Below are positions 43,325 to 53,086 of a stretch of DNA of 64,000 nt, piece by piece; the stretch's first letter is position 1; every line of letters starts with the position of its first letter. The stretch spans positions 1,050 to 65,049 of the forward strand of contig CAJMOS010000004.1 in NCBI GenBank assembly GCA_905215015.1, read 5' to 3'. Below the pieces are notes generated by a model that saw only the letters and a program-made list of their open reading frames with translations, made no database searches and was not told where the DNA came from. A program made the position numbers and the translations under genes. This DNA comes from an uncultured bacterium (GTDB taxonomy: Bacteria > Spirochaetota > Spirochaetia > Sphaerochaetales > Sphaerochaetaceae).

Positions 43325-45025
43325 ATGCCAAAGATTGAAGTATCGGAAAAGAGCTTTTTCCATTTTCTCGGAAGGGAACTCAGCGACGCGGAGATGCAGG
43401 ACGTCTTCCCGGTTGCCAAGGCCGAGCTTGACGGCCACGAGGATGGCGTCCTGAAGATCGAGCTGAACGACACCAACCGTCCGGACTTGTGGTCTGCCGC
43501 CGGGTGTGCGCGCCAGCTGAAGTCCTACTGGGGCGAGGGGGCCATGTACGACTTCTTCTCCACCGAGGACGAGGTCGTGGACAACGAGGGGCGCGAGATG
43601 ATTGTCGAGCCTTCCGCCGCCGAGACGGGCAGGCCTTTCTCCATCGGTTTCGCCGCCAAGGGACATGCGGTCACCGAGGAGGACCTGGTCAGCTTGATCC
43701 AGAGTCAGGAGAAGCTCTGCGAGGGATACGGGCGCAAACGCAAGGCGGTCGCTGTCGGCATCTATCGCCAGAACCTGATCCATTTCCCGGTCCACTACCG
43801 GGGTGCCGACCCGGACAAGACTTCCTTCGTTCCGCTTGGTCTGGACGAGAAGCTGACGCTCCGTCAGATTCTTGAGAAGCATCCCAAGGGGAAGGAGTAC
43901 GGGGCTATCGTCGCCGACAAGCCGAAGTTCCCCTACCTGGTTGACGACAACGGGGACACGCTGAGTTTTCCCCCGGTCATCAACAGCGCCGCAAGCGGTG
44001 CCGTCCAGGTGGGCGACGACGAGTTGTTTGTCGAGATGAGCGGTCCCGCGCTGAAGCCGGTCCTGCTGGTCGCAGCCATCTTGGCCTGCGATATGGCTGA
44101 CATGGGCTTCACCATCCAGCCGGTCAGGGTCCATTTCCCCGAGCCGACCGAGTTTGGCAGCGAGATCACCGTTCCGTTCTATTTCCAGGAACCGGTCACC
44201 TGTCCGCTGTCCTTGGTCGAGAAGACTCTTGGCGAGAAGCTTTCCGCCGACGACTGCATCGCCAGCCTGAAGCGGATGGGCATCTACGCCATCGCCGACG
44301 AGGAGAACCTGTACGTCACCGTGCCGGAATACCGTAACGACTTCCTGCATCCGGTCGACGTCGTCGAGGATGTGATGATCGGCCATGGGCTGGGCAACTT
44401 CGTTCCCGAGTCTCCCCATGACTTCACCATCGGCCGTCTTTCCCCTGCGGAGGAGTTCGGACGCAAGGTGAAGCTGGTGTTGGTCGGCATGGGCTTCCAG
44501 GAGATGATGTACAACTATCTGGGAAGCAAGCGCGAGTACATCGACAACATGCACATCGACGGCAAGGACTGTGTCTTCATCGCCAATCCGATGAGCGAGA
44601 ACTACGAGGTGGTGCGTCCCTCGGTCATCCCGTCCCTGATGGAGAGCGAGAGCGTCAGCGGCCATGCCGCCATCCCACACAAGATTTTCGAGGTGGGCAA
44701 GGTCTGCTACAAGGATCCGAGCGAGAACAGCGGCACCACGACCCGCAACCACCTGGGCTTCTCGGTCACCGACAACGCCGTCGGGTACAACGAGGTTTCC
44801 TCCATCGTCTACACGCTGATGTTCTTCCTGAAGAAGGAGTACACCCTTGGCGAGGTAGCGGAGGATCCGCGTTTCATCCCCGGCCGTTGCGCCTACATCC
44901 TCGTGGGAGGCAAGGCTGTCGGCATTTTCGGTGAGATCCATCCACAGGTCCTTGAGAGCTGGGGTGTCGGCTATCCCACCGTCGCCTGCGAGATCGACCT
45001 GGACTTGCTACGCCAGGCAAACTAA
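43325..45025 (+). CDS. pheT: Phenylalanine--tRNA ligase beta subunit, archaeal-type (short form)
   Basis: 566 aa, starting 2 nt after the pheS stop. The N-terminus MPKIEVSEKSFFHFLG and the B3/4 and B5-like blocks are typical of archaeal PheT. It lacks the bacterial ~800-aa layout. Confidence 0.85.
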   Translation: MPKIEVSEKSFFHFLGRELSDAEMQDVFPVAKAELDGHEDGVLKIELNDTNRPDLWSAAGCARQLKSYWGEGAMYDFFSTEDEVVDNEGREMIVEPSAAETGRPFSIGFAAKGHAVTEEDLVSLIQSQEKLCEGYGRKRKAVAVGIYRQNLIHFPVHYRGADPDKTSFVPLGLDEKLTLRQILEKHPKGKEYGAIVADKPKFPYLVDDNGDTLSFPPVINSAASGAVQVGDDELFVEMSGPALKPVLLVAAILACDMADMGFTIQPVRVHFPEPTEFGSEITVPFYFQEPVTCPLSLVEKTLGEKLSADDCIASLKRMGIYAIADEENLYVTVPEYRNDFLHPVDVVEDVMIGHGLGNFVPESPHDFTIGRLSPAEEFGRKVKLVLVGMGFQEMMYNYLGSKREYIDNMHIDGKDCVFIANPMSENYEVVRPSVIPSLMESESVSGHAAIPHKIFEVGKVCYKDPSENSGTTTRNHLGFSVTDNAVGYNEVSSIVYTLMFFLKKEYTLGEVAEDPRFIPGRCAYILVGGKAVGIFGEIHPQVLESWGVGYPTVACEIDLDLLRQAN

Positions 45026-45043
45026 GCACTGGTTGCTTGTTTT

Positions 45044-45080
45044 AGACGGGGTTCCCTCGGGGACCCCGTCTGGTTTTTCT
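45044..45080 (+). terminator. Rho-independent terminator after pheT
   Basis: The stem is AGACGGGGT (45044-45052) with ACCCCGTCT (45063-45071), followed by GGTTTTT. It coincides with the composition break. Confidence 0.72.
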
Positions 45081-45206
45081 GTTGGGATTCCCATGGTTTT
45101 TCCCTTATCAGAATCAGAGAGCTGAGGTTGACGTCCTTTGCCTTCTCGTTCAGTGGAAAGGCATGGCCAAAAGAGAGAAAACCGTGCTTGGAGAAGGAGA
45201 GGCCTG

Positions 45207-45941
45207 TCAATCTCGTATCGTGATTGTTTGTGAGAAAGTCACGGATTTTCCCGCCTTAAGGATTCTTGCAAACATTTGTTTTTTCTCTTCGAGGAACGCG
45301 TCGATACGGGGTTCAATGCAGATGACTTTATCCTTTCCATTCTTTGGAGACCAGAGAACGAGCGTGGTGCAGGGATCATAAGAAATGGTGAAATGATGAC
45401 TTTTGTCGCGTACCTCGACAGGTTGCGATGGTGCGGGAAAGAGAAGTGCGGGGAACAGCGGGGATTCATCGAAATTGAATGTCTTTTTCCCGGTACGGAG
45501 AATCCCTCCTTCAAGAAGATAACCAGTATGAAACCCGAGCGCATATGGCATTGGAGATGTTCCCAGATTCTTGATTGTCAGTTCCTGTCGGACGGACATT
45601 CTGTCGATTCTGTAGGACACTGTGGCACGGAAGGGAAATGGGTATAGCTGCATTGTTTCTTTATCGCTCTCCCAGGTAAATACTCCGTCCTTTTCCGAGA
45701 AGTCCTGGTCTCGTAGGAATCCGTGCTGGGGAAGTACATATCGCTTTTCCCTAAATACGAAACCTTCGGGGAAATTGCCACAGACAGGAAAAAGCAAGGG
45801 GGCATGCCATTCCCAGACGTCCGGATTGCCGGTCCATAGATATTCCGTCTTTTTCCGCTTATCCATAAGAGATATCGGTTCAGCTCCCCTGTTGGAGACC
45901 GTCAAGGACAAAAAATCGTTTTCATAGCGATGATTGCTCAT
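45207..45941 (-). CDS. Aldose 1-epimerase family protein (galactose mutarotase-like)
   Basis: 244 aa with blocks GAEPISL, YLWTGNPDVWEWHAPLLFPVCG and GFHTGY, which are typical of the YphB/LacX-like mutarotase fold. Confidence 0.68.
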   Translation of the reverse strand: MSNHRYENDFLSLTVSNRGAEPISLMDKRKKTEYLWTGNPDVWEWHAPLLFPVCGNFPEGFVFREKRYVLPQHGFLRDQDFSEKDGVFTWESDKETMQLYPFPFRATVSYRIDRMSVRQELTIKNLGTSPMPYALGFHTGYLLEGGILRTGKKTFNFDESPLFPALLFPAPSQPVEVRDKSHHFTISYDPCTTLVLWSPKNGKDKVICIEPRIDAFLEEKKQMFARILKAGKSVTFSQTITIRD

Positions 45942-46149
45942 CAGATACCCCTTTCCAAGTGCGGATTATCCATCAGGCGCTTTCTTGGAAGCAGTATATC
46001 CCAAAGTTGTCACAGATGTCTGGAAAGTGCCATTGGAAGATTTGGTCCGGAAGAGATTTCCGGATGGAAAGTAGCATAAAAAATGCTACTTACGGATTCA
46101 GAAAACCACCCCTATTCTTGGAATACATATCGGAGAAACATTAAACATT

Positions 46150-46944
46150 ATGGAAAAAGAAAAAGACAAATCCGTATTTGTATTCCGTATACCTCAATGG
46201 GGGTGGACTCTCCTTTCGTTCGTTTTGACCATTCTCGTATGGCAGCTGATTTCTATGACACCGAATGGAGGAAAAGTCTTTGCGTCTCCTAGTGTAACGC
46301 TGCAGGAATTTCTCAAATCTATCGGAAACCATCAGCTCGGCAAACATTTCTTTGCAAGCCTCAAACGGATTATCATCGGCTTTGCGTTAGCTTTTGTCTG
46401 TTCCGTCCCTATGGCTTTTCTTCTCGGTTGGTACAAAGTGCTTTGCAGGTTGGTTGAGCCGTGGATCCAGTTCATGAAAAACATCCCGCCAATCTCTTAT
46501 ATCCCTCTTGTCGTCGTGGCCGCCGGTGTCGGAGAGGAGAGCAAGATTGTCGTTATTTTCATCGCCTGTTTCTTGACCATGACCATCACGATTTTCCAAG
46601 GGGTGAAGAACGTGGACAACACATTAATCAAAGCTGCGAGAGTTCTCGGTGCGAACAACAAAGTCATTTTCATGCATGTCGTCGTCCCCGCCTCGTTTCC
46701 TTTTATCATCACTGCCATGCGTCTTGGCCTTTCGTCTGCCTTGACTACTCTGATTGCCGCAGAGATGACCGGTGCTGCGAAGGGTATGGGAGTTCTTATT
46801 CAATCCGCCAGTCAGTATTTCCGGATGAGTACCGTTCTCATGGGAATCGTGGTAATTGGTGTTCTCGGATTGCTTTTGCAGAAGCTCGTCCGGCTTCTGG
46901 AGAAAGAAGCGATGAAATGGCAGGACACTATTTCCGAGGAATAG
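46150..46944 (+). CDS. ABC transporter permease, NitT/TauT (nitrate/sulfonate/taurine) family
   Basis: It has six TM segments and a BPD_transp_1 EAA-like loop (IKAARVLGANNKVIFMHVVVPASFP). Confidence 0.8.
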   Translation: MEKEKDKSVFVFRIPQWGWTLLSFVLTILVWQLISMTPNGGKVFASPSVTLQEFLKSIGNHQLGKHFFASLKRIIIGFALAFVCSVPMAFLLGWYKVLCRLVEPWIQFMKNIPPISYIPLVVVAAGVGEESKIVVIFIACFLTMTITIFQGVKNVDNTLIKAARVLGANNKVIFMHVVVPASFPFIITAMRLGLSSALTTLIAAEMTGAAKGMGVLIQSASQYFRMSTVLMGIVVIGVLGLLLQKLVRLLEKEAMKWQDTISEE

Positions 46945-46948
46945 ACAG

Positions 46949-47767
46949 ATGAACGACAATGTGAAAGTCCATATTGAAAACGTCAAGAAAACATACCAGA
47001 CGAAAAAAGGCCAGGTTGTTGCTCTAAATGGGGTTTCCCTTGACATCCATGACAATGAGTTTGTCTGCATTATCGGACCGTCGGGATGCGGAAAGTCGAC
47101 GTTGTTGAATATCGTTGCCGGGCTGTTCCCGCCGACCAGCGGAAATGTCACCTGCAATGGACAGATTGTCCATGGCACGGGGGTGGATCGTGGCGTTGTT
47201 TTTCAGCAGTACGCGCTGTTTCCTTGGCTAACGGTGAAGAAAAACATTCTTTTCGGTCTGAAACTCCGGTTTATTCCTGATGAAAACCGTCCGGGAAAAA
47301 TGCGGAAACTGACAAAGGCCGAGATGGAGAACACCGCCGAGAAATATATCAAGATGGTTCAATTGGAAGACTTTGTGAATTCCTACCCAAAGGAACTTTC
47401 TGGAGGTATGAAGCAGAGAGTGGCTATCGCGCGTGCCTATGCTGTTCAGCCGCAGATATTGTTGATGGACGAGCCGTTCGGGGCACTCGATGCGCAGACT
47501 CGCACCCAGTTGCAGAGTGAACTTCTCAAGACTTGGGAGCAGGAACAGAAAACCTGCATGTTCATCACCCACGACATCGAAGAGGCGATTATCCTTGCCC
47601 AGCGTGTCGTCATCATGAGTGCCCGACCCGGCCGTATCAAGGAAATCGTGCCGATTGATATCCCGTATCCGAGAGATCAGAGCACCAAGATGACAGAGAA
47701 GTTCATCGCAATCAAAAACCACATTTGGAGCCAGGTTTACGAGGAATACCTCGAAGTCAGGAAATAA
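46949..47767 (+). CDS. ABC transporter ATP-binding protein, NitT/TauT family
   Basis: It has Walker A GPSGCGKST, signature LSGGMKQR and Walker B ILLMDEPFGALD. Confidence 0.88.
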   Translation: MNDNVKVHIENVKKTYQTKKGQVVALNGVSLDIHDNEFVCIIGPSGCGKSTLLNIVAGLFPPTSGNVTCNGQIVHGTGVDRGVVFQQYALFPWLTVKKNILFGLKLRFIPDENRPGKMRKLTKAEMENTAEKYIKMVQLEDFVNSYPKELSGGMKQRVAIARAYAVQPQILLMDEPFGALDAQTRTQLQSELLKTWEQEQKTCMFITHDIEEAIILAQRVVIMSARPGRIKEIVPIDIPYPRDQSTKMTEKFIAIKNHIWSQVYEEYLEVRK

Positions 47768-47778
47768 AAGGAGTCGAC

Positions 47779-48804
47779 ATGAAAAAGATTATTGCAACAA
47801 TGATGGCTGTATGCCTTGGATGTACCCTAGCATTTTCCAATGGGGCGAAAGAACAGAATACCGGCGTAGCGTCGCCTACTCAAGCGCTGACGAAAGTGAA
47901 AGTTGCCCACCATATGGGATATTCTGGAGCGGCTGTTGTCGCCATCGGGACCAAGATGGGATACTTCAAGGATGCTGGGCTTGATGTCGAGCTTGTACCT
48001 TTTACATCCGGTCCGTCCGAAGTCGCGGCTCTTGTGTCCGGCGATTTGCAGTTTGGGTATATCGGTTCTGGCGCAACAACTTTGGCCGTCAAAGGGGACG
48101 TCGAGGTCATCTATTTCCAGAACCTTGGCGATGCGGAAGCAATCGTGGTGAACAAGGATTCTGGCATCACTTCGGTTAAGGATTTGAAAGGGAAGACCAT
48201 CGCCACGACGCTTGGAACGTCCGGTGAAAATGTCGTCAACCTCGCGTTGGCGGCAGCCGGAATGACGGCGGATGACGTAAATCTGATCAACATGGATATG
48301 GGTGGATGTGTTACGGCAATACTGGCCGGCAAAGTCGATGCTGTCTGCGTCTGGGGATCTTATCTCGTGACTGTACGCAAGCAGTTCGGTGAAAAATATG
48401 TTGTCCTCGCTCGGACTTCCGATTTTTCCGACCGGTATGCCTCGGTTTCCAGCTGGCTGACGACGCAAAGCTATATTGATGGACATCCGGACACCGTGCA
48501 GGCTTTTGCGAATGCCCTGGCCAAGTGCTTTGATTACTGGAAAGACAACGAGGAGCAGACTGCCGTCTGGGTTGCGGAATTGATTGACAGTGACGAGCAG
48601 ACCATCAAGGACCAGATTGGAACGGTCTTCTTTATGAACACGGCGGAGCTGAAAAAAGCTCTTGCCGACGGAACGGTTCGTCAATACTACGAAATTCAAC
48701 AGCAGAGCATGCTTGATTCCGGCAAGATTGATGCATTGGTTCCCGTCGACACATATGTGCACTGGAACTTCATGGAAGATGCGATTAAAGCCGACAACAA
48801 ATAA
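47779..48804 (+). CDS. ABC substrate-binding protein, NMT1/SsuA-like
   Basis: The start is set at ATG 47779 (MKKIIATMMAVCLGCTLAFS, a lipoprotein-like signal). It has the SsuA/NMT1-type pattern (FTSGPSEVAALVSGDLQFGYIG). Confidence 0.78.
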   Translation: MKKIIATMMAVCLGCTLAFSNGAKEQNTGVASPTQALTKVKVAHHMGYSGAAVVAIGTKMGYFKDAGLDVELVPFTSGPSEVAALVSGDLQFGYIGSGATTLAVKGDVEVIYFQNLGDAEAIVVNKDSGITSVKDLKGKTIATTLGTSGENVVNLALAAAGMTADDVNLINMDMGGCVTAILAGKVDAVCVWGSYLVTVRKQFGEKYVVLARTSDFSDRYASVSSWLTTQSYIDGHPDTVQAFANALAKCFDYWKDNEEQTAVWVAELIDSDEQTIKDQIGTVFFMNTAELKKALADGTVRQYYEIQQQSMLDSGKIDALVPVDTYVHWNFMEDAIKADNK

Positions 48805-48827
48805 GCCAGATTCCATATGGTATAATT

Positions 48828-48857
48828 GAGAGGGGAGGGAATCCTCCTCTCTTTTTG
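48828..48857 (+). terminator. Rho-independent terminator after the NitT/TauT operon
   Basis: The hairpin GAGAGGGGAGG-GAAT-CCTCCTCTC is followed by TTTTT (48852-48856). Confidence 0.55.
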
Positions 48858-48873
48858 CTGGGGGTGACAGACT

Positions 48874-50403
48874 GTGCTTTTCCTGCTTTTTGTCGTCTTG
48901 TTTCTCACCTGTGTCTTTGCCTGCCTATTCTCACCTTGGAAAAGGGCGCTTTTTGTCTGTGCCATGTACCTTTCTTTTGCAGTGATGCTCTTCGGTATCT
49001 ATACGTTTTTTATCAAAACAGGCGGTTTCACTCTCCCGGAGAAGAAAATTCTTTTGGGGGGGTCTTTCCTTTTCAAGCGTATTGGTAGAGCCCCGATTCG
49101 ATTCTCGACCCTTGCCCTGTTCATTGCCTTTGGACGTATCGCGTTTGCCGGGCTTTTCTTCTTTGAGGGTTGCCTGAAAAACCTGAGGATTCGAAACACT
49201 TTTTCTCTCCACCCTAGGCTTTGCCTGCTTGCGCTCATGCCAGCTGTCGTTTTGGCCAGCCTGATGGTGCCTAAGATCTTCTCGACTCTTTTTGCGTATG
49301 ATTTTTCTAGACAGAGACAGGTGTCAGATTTCGTGTATTTCTGCTTGGTTTGCTATGTGGCTCTTGGACTGATTGCCCGTCTGTCTGAATATCACGACAC
49401 GATGCTTTCTTGGTACCGAAAAAGACAGAGGAGTCTTGTCTTATCCCGTTTTCTCCTTGCAGTCCAATATCTTTTCTATGCCTATTTTGACCCAATCATG
49501 GTATTTCAAAATTATAGTTCTGTGAAAATATCCCGAAATTTCTTCCCATTCTCCCAGAATAAAAACATTCAAATCTGGGCGGTCCTCTTTGCTTTGACAC
49601 TACTTTCTTCGGTAATTATGGCCATGCAGGATTGGCGGTATTTCCGCTATGAATATGACCGGTCTCGGAAGGAGCTCACAATCCGTCAGAAGGTGGACGA
49701 TGCGGCTCTTGTCTCCTCTGCGCTGATTCATGGATTGAAAAACCAACTTTTGGTCGCTGAAATCCTCATCCGAGACCTTAGAGGAGAGGTCGCCAGGACT
49801 GGATGTGGGGAATGTCTCCGGTCGGTCGATGCCATCGAGATGACAGCGATGGATATACAAAAAAGGATTGATATCGTCTACCGTTCGTTCGTCAAAGTCA
49901 CGACAGTTTTCTCTTCGTGTCCAAGCCAGGCGCTCATGACATTGGTCCGGAACAAGGTTGAAGCGCAGAAAGGACAGGGCCTTCCTGTTTCCTATCAGGT
50001 AACTGACGGATACCTGCTTGCGGACAAGGAACTGTTGTCTGAAGCGGTCTCCAATGTTGTCTGTAATGCCATCGAGGCCGTCGGGACCAAGGTGGACGGG
50101 AACGTGAAGGTTTCCTTGTCGTTCACTCGAGCAAAAACGGTCATTCGCGTCGAGGACAATGGGATGGGAATCTCGGCAGCAGTCAGGAACAAGCTGTTTA
50201 CGCCTTTCACGTCGACGAAGAACAGCCTCACCAACTGGGGTATGGGGCTCTGCTATGCCAACATCATTATCCGGAAACATCAGGGAGAGATTGTGTGCGA
50301 GAAGTCCAATTCTTCAGGGACGACATTCATGATTCTGCTTCCTCGCTTTTTTACAAGGAGGGAAGAAGGGGCTTTGTCCCGGGAGTGTGGGTATGGCGAT
50401 TGA
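48874..50403 (+). CDS. Membrane sensor histidine kinase (multi-TM N-terminal sensor)
   Basis: It uses a GTG start. It has about 7 hydrophobic segments, then an H-box-like SALIHGLKNQL and HATPase_c blocks (NAIEA; VEDNGMGI; GMGLCYA). Confidence 0.7.
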   Translation: MLFLLFVVLFLTCVFACLFSPWKRALFVCAMYLSFAVMLFGIYTFFIKTGGFTLPEKKILLGGSFLFKRIGRAPIRFSTLALFIAFGRIAFAGLFFFEGCLKNLRIRNTFSLHPRLCLLALMPAVVLASLMVPKIFSTLFAYDFSRQRQVSDFVYFCLVCYVALGLIARLSEYHDTMLSWYRKRQRSLVLSRFLLAVQYLFYAYFDPIMVFQNYSSVKISRNFFPFSQNKNIQIWAVLFALTLLSSVIMAMQDWRYFRYEYDRSRKELTIRQKVDDAALVSSALIHGLKNQLLVAEILIRDLRGEVARTGCGECLRSVDAIEMTAMDIQKRIDIVYRSFVKVTTVFSSCPSQALMTLVRNKVEAQKGQGLPVSYQVTDGYLLADKELLSEAVSNVVCNAIEAVGTKVDGNVKVSLSFTRAKTVIRVEDNGMGISAAVRNKLFTPFTSTKNSLTNWGMGLCYANIIIRKHQGEIVCEKSNSSGTTFMILLPRFFTRREEGALSRECGYGD

Positions 50404-51079
50404 GAAGATTGACGTTCTTGTTGCCGACGACCAGGATGTTTTCCGGAACCGTCTGGTCCGGATGCTGTCCGGGGAGAATGATATCCGGATTGTCGGTTCG
50501 GTCTCCACGGGGAGGGAAGCCGTTGACTTGGCACTGACGGTGAATCCAGAAATCATCCTGATGGACGTGGAAATGGAGGATGCAAAGGCAGGGATAAACG
50601 CCGCAATGAAGATTCTCTCTGTCAACCCGGAAATAAAAATCATTTTCCTGACAGTCCATGAGGACGAGAGAACCATTATCGAAGTCTTTGACACCGGTGC
50701 TGTTGACTATGTCGTGAAAACAGTGGATTGCAACGGTGTGCTTGACCATGTTCGGAAGGCTCACAAAGATATCGTTCAAATGGATGCGGCAATCCAGAGG
50801 GTTCTCCGATCCGAATACATGCGATTGTCCCATGGCAGGCAGGACAATCTTGCGTTCATTCGGTGTTTTGCGCGTTTCACTCAGGCGGAGCGAGAGATTG
50901 TTAGTTTCCTTCTGCAGGGAAAGAAGACGGTGGAAATCGCAAAAGAGCGTTATGTGGAGCCTGTTACAATAAAGAAACAAATCGGGCAGATATTGAAAAA
51001 GAGCGGATGCAAACGAACCAAGAATCTCTGCCAGAGAATACGTGATTTACAGGTGACCGCTCTGTTCGATGCAGAGTAG
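50393..51079 (+). CDS. Response regulator, REC + LuxR/NarL-type HTH
   Basis: The ATG at 50393 overlaps the kinase 3' end. It has a receiver domain (VLVADDQ...IILMDVEMEDAKAG) and a LuxR HTH (FTQAEREIVSFLLQGKKTVEIAKERYVEPVTIKKQI). Confidence 0.85.
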   Translation: MAIEKIDVLVADDQDVFRNRLVRMLSGENDIRIVGSVSTGREAVDLALTVNPEIILMDVEMEDAKAGINAAMKILSVNPEIKIIFLTVHEDERTIIEVFDTGAVDYVVKTVDCNGVLDHVRKAHKDIVQMDAAIQRVLRSEYMRLSHGRQDNLAFIRCFARFTQAEREIVSFLLQGKKTVEIAKERYVEPVTIKKQIGQILKKSGCKRTKNLCQRIRDLQVTALFDAE

Positions 51080-51271
51080 TTTGAGTAGAAACAAAGAATC
51101 TTCCTTGTCAATGCGAAAGATACTTATGTGAACCATGAAAAACTTTCCATGCACGCACAACCGAGCTACTTGCCAGGTCTTGATATTGGACCGATGGAGA
51201 TTTATGGCAAGAGCCACAAAATCAATTCAACAAACTCGTAAGGAGTCGTCCTTTCTATAAAAGTTAAAAAA

Positions 51272-51300
51272 GCCTTGCGTTATCTGCAAGGTCTGTTATT
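51272..51300 (+). terminator. Possible terminator after the two-component operon
   Basis: The stem is GCCTTGC (51272-51278) with GCAAGGT (51286-51292, one G-U pair), followed by a U-rich tail ctgttatt. Confidence 0.35.
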
Positions 51301-51310
51301 ATGGAAATAT

Positions 51311-51327
51311 AATTAAATTATTTAATT
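51311..51327. promoter_or_regulatory. Perfect 8-1-8 palindrome AATTAAAT-T-ATTTAATT overlapping a TATAAT box (candidate operator, copy A)
   Basis: Read directly. TATAAT lies at 51308-51313 and cTGCAA at 51284-51289. The centre is 58 nt upstream of ATG 51377. A 17/18-identical copy lies at 60307-60324. Confidence 0.45.
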
Positions 51328-51376
51328 AATTTATTTATTGAGCTTTTGACCCTGTCACCTACAAAAGGAGAAAATT

Positions 51377-52951
51377 ATGAGAAAGACGATGGCGGTAGTT
51401 CTTATGGTCGCCCTTTCGCTTTTTGTTTCATGCGGAAAGAAAGAGGCTCAGCCCAATGGCACAACTGCAACTCCAGTAAAGACTGAAACCGCAACCAAAC
51501 CCATTGAAATCGATGTTGGTATCAATACAGGGTGGGATACTCTCTCTCCGTTCAGATCAAATGTGGGAAATAACCTTCCTGTCATATCCACCATCACCTA
51601 TGAGACCCTCGGTTATCTTGATGGTGACAACAAACTTGTGCCATGGGTTGCGAAGGAATGGAAAACCGAGGATAACGGTACTTCTTACGATATCACCATT
51701 TGGGACTACATCACGGATAGTGAGGGAAACAAGATTACCTCTGAAGACATCGTATGGGTGGTTGAAGAGGCCAAGGCAAAGGCGCTGAAGCCGAACTTCA
51801 AATATGTCGATGCTATTGAGGCTACCGGTGAATACTCGGTCAAGGTGACCTTCAATAACAATCTCGTTGGTGTTTTCGAGACATTCATGACCGATGTCCT
51901 AGTCTGTTCGAAAACTGCATACGAGAAAGCCGGGGATGAGTTCGTCAACCAGTGCGTGACTACGTCTGTCTACAAGATTACAGAATTTGTGTCCAATTCC
52001 ATCATGGCCTACGAAAAGAGGAATGATTATTGGCAGAAGGATGAACTGCTTCCTCCGCAACTGAGGGCAACGGTTGACAAAGTTACTGTCCATGTCATTC
52101 CCGAGGCTGCACAGCTCGGAATCGCTCTTGAGACGGGTGTCGTGGATTTCGTCATGAATTTCCCTGCTTCCACAGCAGTCCAATTCGACGAAGATCCCGC
52201 ATACACACTTCAGAAGGCAAAATCAAGAAATGGAATGCAAATATATTTCTCTGGTGCGGAAGGGAAACCGGTCGCAAACGACAAGTATCTCAGGCAGGCA
52301 ATCTGCTATGCCATCAACAACCAGCTTCTAATCAACGCGGTGCTTGAGGGATTTGGCGAAGAGATGCATGATTCTGCAGCCACCTATGCAATCGGTTACC
52401 AGGAGGCATGGCTGAAGGAAGAGTATTATCCCTATTCCGTGGAGAAGGCAAAGGAATGTCTCGCAAAGTCCAACTACAAGGGCGAAGAGTTGGTTCTCCT
52501 TGGGTCTTCCACCACGAAGACAGTTGCGGAAATCATCCAGAATTGTTGCGCAGCTGTGGGAATCAAGGTCAAACTTGATTTAAGGCAGATGGCGCTCATC
52601 ACTGCTATCAGGCTTGATGGAACACAGTATGACATGTTCATCAATCAGGTAGGCGGAATCACGCTCGCAAACCACTGGAACACGAGATATGATGCAAGGT
52701 CTTATAAGACCGGTGATGCGACGAGCAGACACGATATGACTCTCGCGGACATGCTCTCCGAAGCGTACACTGTAAACGGTTTTACTCCGGAGAATATCAA
52801 CAAGATTCACAACTACATCAAGGATGAGGCTTACGGATACGGTATGTACCAGCCTAACATGCTGGCGGCATGGAAGAATGACTTGGGCATCACAGAGGTC
52901 GTGAGCGACAACATCAAGATGGTCGTTCCGACTGCATGCAAATACAACTGA
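51377..52951 (+). CDS. ABC substrate-binding protein, family 5 (peptide/oligosaccharide/nickel type)
   Basis: It has a lipoprotein signal (LSLFVSCG), is 524 aa long and has family-5 blocks. AAGGAG lies upstream. Confidence 0.85.
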   Translation: MRKTMAVVLMVALSLFVSCGKKEAQPNGTTATPVKTETATKPIEIDVGINTGWDTLSPFRSNVGNNLPVISTITYETLGYLDGDNKLVPWVAKEWKTEDNGTSYDITIWDYITDSEGNKITSEDIVWVVEEAKAKALKPNFKYVDAIEATGEYSVKVTFNNNLVGVFETFMTDVLVCSKTAYEKAGDEFVNQCVTTSVYKITEFVSNSIMAYEKRNDYWQKDELLPPQLRATVDKVTVHVIPEAAQLGIALETGVVDFVMNFPASTAVQFDEDPAYTLQKAKSRNGMQIYFSGAEGKPVANDKYLRQAICYAINNQLLINAVLEGFGEEMHDSAATYAIGYQEAWLKEEYYPYSVEKAKECLAKSNYKGEELVLLGSSTTKTVAEIIQNCCAAVGIKVKLDLRQMALITAIRLDGTQYDMFINQVGGITLANHWNTRYDARSYKTGDATSRHDMTLADMLSEAYTVNGFTPENINKIHNYIKDEAYGYGMYQPNMLAAWKNDLGITEVVSDNIKMVVPTACKYN

Positions 52952-53086
52952 TTCCCTTTGTATTGCAGACAACCTGCCTCTCCCGGTTTTCTGGGTGGGG
53001 CGGGTAGTTCCTCCAACGATTAGACATGAAGAGGAATTCTTTCAGGGAGCATCTTCCCTGGGAGAAAGGAAATAAGGAGAAAAAGG

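Noticed and set aside
39614-44941. Long minus-strand ORFs (39614-41032, 41752-43476, 43280-44941) opposite the E1 fusion and pheS/pheT
   Set aside because: These are GC-driven shadow frames. They have no motifs, and they overlap strongly supported genes along their full length.
52952-53086. Imperfect hairpin (ACCTGCCTCTCCC ... GGTGGGGCGGGT) between the family-5 binding protein gene and the first permease gene
   Set aside because: The stem needs several G-U pairs and a mismatch, and it is not followed by a T-run. It could be an intra-operon attenuating or stabilising hairpin, but the evidence is too weak to annotate.
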